A stretch of DNA of 46,469 bases from a virus (lineage: Duplodnaviria; Caudoviricetes): IMG/VR virus record IMGVR_UViG_3300040971_000351, positions 1 through 46,469 of that record. One strand, given 5' to 3'. Every line of letters starts with the position of its first letter. Within the stretch, counting starts at the first letter, position 1. The notes under the pieces are model-generated. The model saw only the letters and a list, made by a program, of their open reading frames with translations, had not been told where the DNA came from and did not search any database. The position numbers were made by a program, and so were the translations under genes. Positions 43,599 to 46,469 of the stretch are shown here, piece after piece.

Positions 43599-44306
43599 GT
43601 GAAACTGATAATGTTGTTCCTGGTCTGCCTGACAGCTTGGACCAATGACGTTCAAGCCGAGGGAGTTTGGAGCGTAAACGGCTACCATCTTTCAAATGTA
43701 AACGTCCTCCATAAGTTGAATACGGTACATGTGAGCGGAAGAATTCAAGGTGGCAAGTGGGCAGATTACTTGAAGATACGCATCTTAGTATCTAATGACA
43801 ATGGATATAGAGGATGGGCAGAAACATCACTTCAGAACTATTCAGGCAAAGGCGAACTTTTTGAAAGTCAATTTAAATATTATCCAAAATCAAGAATATG
43901 GAATATTGAAAAAATTGATATTATTGGCAACAAAATAGACGAAACAATCAGCAATCAAAATTTAAATTCAAATTACAAAAGCGAGACATTTTCAAATAAT
44001 CAAAATTTCGAACAGCCAATCAAATCCACACAAGACAAAGAGTATAAGCAAAAATCATATCCATCAAAAAGAAATACAACAGGAGAGTTAAGCAACGTCC
44101 TGTTTTCATCATTTCAAAACGTATCAATCATAATAAAAGAAAGAAAAACAAATAAGATAGTTATGATGAGAAACATATCTCCTCACAATCTTGAAAATGT
44201 AGCCATAGAAAAAGGGCTATACACAGCAATAATAATCGGAAATAATTTTAAAAAAGAAAAACAATTTGATATTACAGAAGATGAAGAAACAATTGATTTA
44301 AATTGA
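43599..44306 (+). CDS. Exported hypothetical protein (paralogue of upstream gene with C-terminal extension)
   Basis: Signal peptide. Shared W.VNG...VSGR...VSND.G...NY.GKGELFE motifs. Confidence 0.75.
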   Translation: MKLIMLFLVCLTAWTNDVQAEGVWSVNGYHLSNVNVLHKLNTVHVSGRIQGGKWADYLKIRILVSNDNGYRGWAETSLQNYSGKGELFESQFKYYPKSRIWNIEKIDIIGNKIDETISNQNLNSNYKSETFSNNQNFEQPIKSTQDKEYKQKSYPSKRNTTGELSNVLFSSFQNVSIIIKERKTNKIVMMRNISPHNLENVAIEKGLYTAIIIGNNFKKEKQFDITEDEETIDLN

Positions 44307-44357
44307 ATATATATTTTTGTTTAAGATATTCCGTTCGTTGCAAACCGAAAACCGACA

Positions 44358-45272
44358 ATGATCATCAAGAATCGAGACCCGAAAGATCAGGATATTGCAG
44401 AACTCGATGCGCTGCTGAAGCAGGCCGACGGTTCAGGCAAGCACTTTCTCATCGAGCGCGAGTTGAGGGCCATGAAGGCCGGAATCGCCGGGGAAGAAGA
44501 TTGCGCCTATTACATCAACTTCTATTTCGGCAAATCCGACAACTGGTGCGTGATCCATGACCTGCGGATCGAGCACGAGGGCAGCGTAGCCCAGATCGAC
44601 CACCTGCTGATCAACCGCCTCTTCGAAATCTACGTCATCGAATCAAAGAATTTCTCCTACGAAGTGGCTATCAACGACAGCGGAGAATTCACCCTCAAAA
44701 GCGGCTCCCGCTCCTTCGGCATCCCGTCGCCCATCGAACAGAACAAGCGCCACATCTTTCTGCTGGAAAAATTCATCTCCGCACGCTGCCTCGTCCCAAG
44801 CAGAATCGGCATCCCTATCATCCCCCGCTACAAAAGCCTGGTCCTCATGTCCCCAAAGTCCGTGATCCACAGACCGGACAGGAAGAAGTTCGACACCGAC
44901 ATGGTGATCAAGGCCGACACGTTGCGGACAAAAATAGACGACATTGTCGACAAGATGAGCCCATTCCAGGATCTGGCAATCATAGGAAACATGTCCAAGA
45001 TCAAGACTGTGACCGATTTCGCGCAGTCCCTGCAATCATACCACTCCAGCGCCTCCATAGATTACCGGAAGAAATTCGGCATCAAGCCCGAGCATGACCC
45101 GATTCAGAGCGTGATCGACAGAAGCAACGGGAATGCGGAGCAAGGGGATAAGAAGTATTACTGTTTCAAGTGCAGAAATGCGATCACGGATAATGTGGCG
45201 CGGTTTTGTTGGAACAATAAGGAGAAGTTTGGGGGGAAGGCGTTTTGTTATGAGTGCCAGAAAGAAATATGA
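44358..45272 (+). CDS. NERD nuclease-related domain protein with C-terminal Zn finger
   Basis: GIAGEE, VIHDLRI, QIDHLLI, VIESKN, SPIEQNKRH. CFKC...CYECQ at the C-terminus. Confidence 0.88.
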   Translation: MIIKNRDPKDQDIAELDALLKQADGSGKHFLIERELRAMKAGIAGEEDCAYYINFYFGKSDNWCVIHDLRIEHEGSVAQIDHLLINRLFEIYVIESKNFSYEVAINDSGEFTLKSGSRSFGIPSPIEQNKRHIFLLEKFISARCLVPSRIGIPIIPRYKSLVLMSPKSVIHRPDRKKFDTDMVIKADTLRTKIDDIVDKMSPFQDLAIIGNMSKIKTVTDFAQSLQSYHSSASIDYRKKFGIKPEHDPIQSVIDRSNGNAEQGDKKYYCFKCRNAITDNVARFCWNNKEKFGGKAFCYECQKEI

Positions 45273-45431
45273 TGATTGCGAATTATATTTTTACAAAAAT
45301 TCAAGATTCAAGATCTGACCCTCGCCTCCACGGATTTCATGTTTGTAGGCAAATTTGCATAGAATATTGAGTCGATTGTCAGGTAGAGCAGTAAAAGATA
45401 CGAGTCCGACATTTGCTATAAGAGGTATCAC

Positions 45432-46469
45432 ATGAATTTATATGAAAGTATGCAGTACAGAATGCCTTGGACAGTAGCTTCAGATATCATGTCTCGAGTA
45501 GGAATCCCTGTAGGACAAGGATGGGATAAAACAATCGACAAGATAAGCAATTTAAAAAAAGATGGAGAGGATTTTAGAAATATTGAAAGTGATTGTTTGA
45601 ATGAATACAAAAAACATATTCTATACGGCGAGAAAAATATAAAATTTTACAATGTAAATAAAGAAGATATTGAAAATATTAATAAAAGTATAGACAAAAT
45701 AGTAATACAAAAAAATGCTTTTACAGAGAGCTATCCATACGTTGTAGACGAAGACGAGTTAAAGACGATCAAACCCGGCCTCAACTTATTAGAGATCATA
45801 GAAGAAAATAGTGGCAGATATCTTGTTTATGGGTCAAAAAAATATATAGAGTATCGCGAGAGAACAAGCGAAATTCCTGATGCAATCAGAGAACATGTCG
45901 GTGAAATAGATGAAATAATATATATTCGACATGGCGTACGGCAATTTTTTGACGTTTCTTGGGTTCCTTATAGCGAAGGCATTATAGAATTACGCGCGGA
46001 CTCTCCGAAAGACATTAATGATACATACACCTATACCCATAGGGGAATGATTGGGGTAATTGAAGACGGCAATAATTTTCAGTCATTAAAAAATTCGATT
46101 AATCTATTCCCTCTAATTCGAAAAATTTACGACGCTGAAGATGAAGGCTATGTTGTAGAGATGGAATTTATAACATCGACGGCTTCATCAAAAAAAGAAA
46201 GAATGCGCAAATCAAAAACAGATTTACGTGCTGAAAGATATCACCAAGCTGGATCGAGCGCAATTCATGGTAAATTTGATCCGTATAAACTTTGTGTCAG
46301 ATGGCCAACTGAAGATGAATCTACTCATCCAGAATTAATCATTAAAGGAAATTCTAGGGCGATTTTTTCTAAGAATCCGTTTATAGCAGATGCAACAATT
46401 AGATGGTGCTCGACAGATGCCTCATATTCACTAATTACAGACAAAATATTTAATTATCTTGCAGAATAA
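45432..46469 (+). CDS. AT-rich hypothetical protein
   Basis: 345-aa ORF with AGAGG Shine-Dalgarno. No family recognised. Confidence 0.75.
   Translation: MNLYESMQYRMPWTVASDIMSRVGIPVGQGWDKTIDKISNLKKDGEDFRNIESDCLNEYKKHILYGEKNIKFYNVNKEDIENINKSIDKIVIQKNAFTESYPYVVDEDELKTIKPGLNLLEIIEENSGRYLVYGSKKYIEYRERTSEIPDAIREHVGEIDEIIYIRHGVRQFFDVSWVPYSEGIIELRADSPKDINDTYTYTHRGMIGVIEDGNNFQSLKNSINLFPLIRKIYDAEDEGYVVEMEFITSTASSKKERMRKSKTDLRAERYHQAGSSAIHGKFDPYKLCVRWPTEDESTHPELIIKGNSRAIFSKNPFIADATIRWCSTDASYSLITDKIFNYLAE

Noticed and set aside
1-46469. CRISPR array or cas operon accompanying the Cas11c-like domain
   Set aside because: No regularly spaced repeats with unique spacers and no other cas-like ORF were seen.

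Overview
The window is dominated by an apparently complete ~39.8 kb temperate siphovirus-like prophage (1595-41455). It is integrated in the 3' half of a tRNA-Arg(CCT) gene and bounded by a perfect 47-bp direct repeat. A host receiver/TPR gene lies to the left. To the right lies an AT-rich accessory region with a third, degenerate tRNA-3'-end copy, an RRM RNA-binding protein, two paralogous secreted proteins, a NERD nuclease and an orphan. Gene content suggests a Desulfovibrionales-like host (inference). Prophage modules, left to right: P4-type helicase, putative ori, primase, MazG-like, NUMOD4 and C5 methyltransferase genes; lambda GpA-type terminase; portal; fused protease-scaffold-capsid; lysis cassette; non-contractile tail; immunity switch; early genes; excisionase-like gene; tyrosine integrase. 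The most striking observation is a self-contained moron between the terminase and head genes (13248-13845). It has a TTGACA promoter with a perfect palindromic operator and an intrinsic terminator. It encodes a 156-aa fusion of an Aca-like XRE helix-turn-helix to a shortened Cas11c-like domain (Cas8c/Csd1 C-terminus), with no other cas gene or CRISPR array in the window. This is a candidate self-regulating Cascade-subunit-mimic anti-CRISPR against type I-C systems. All family assignments are by eye from motifs; no searches were run.
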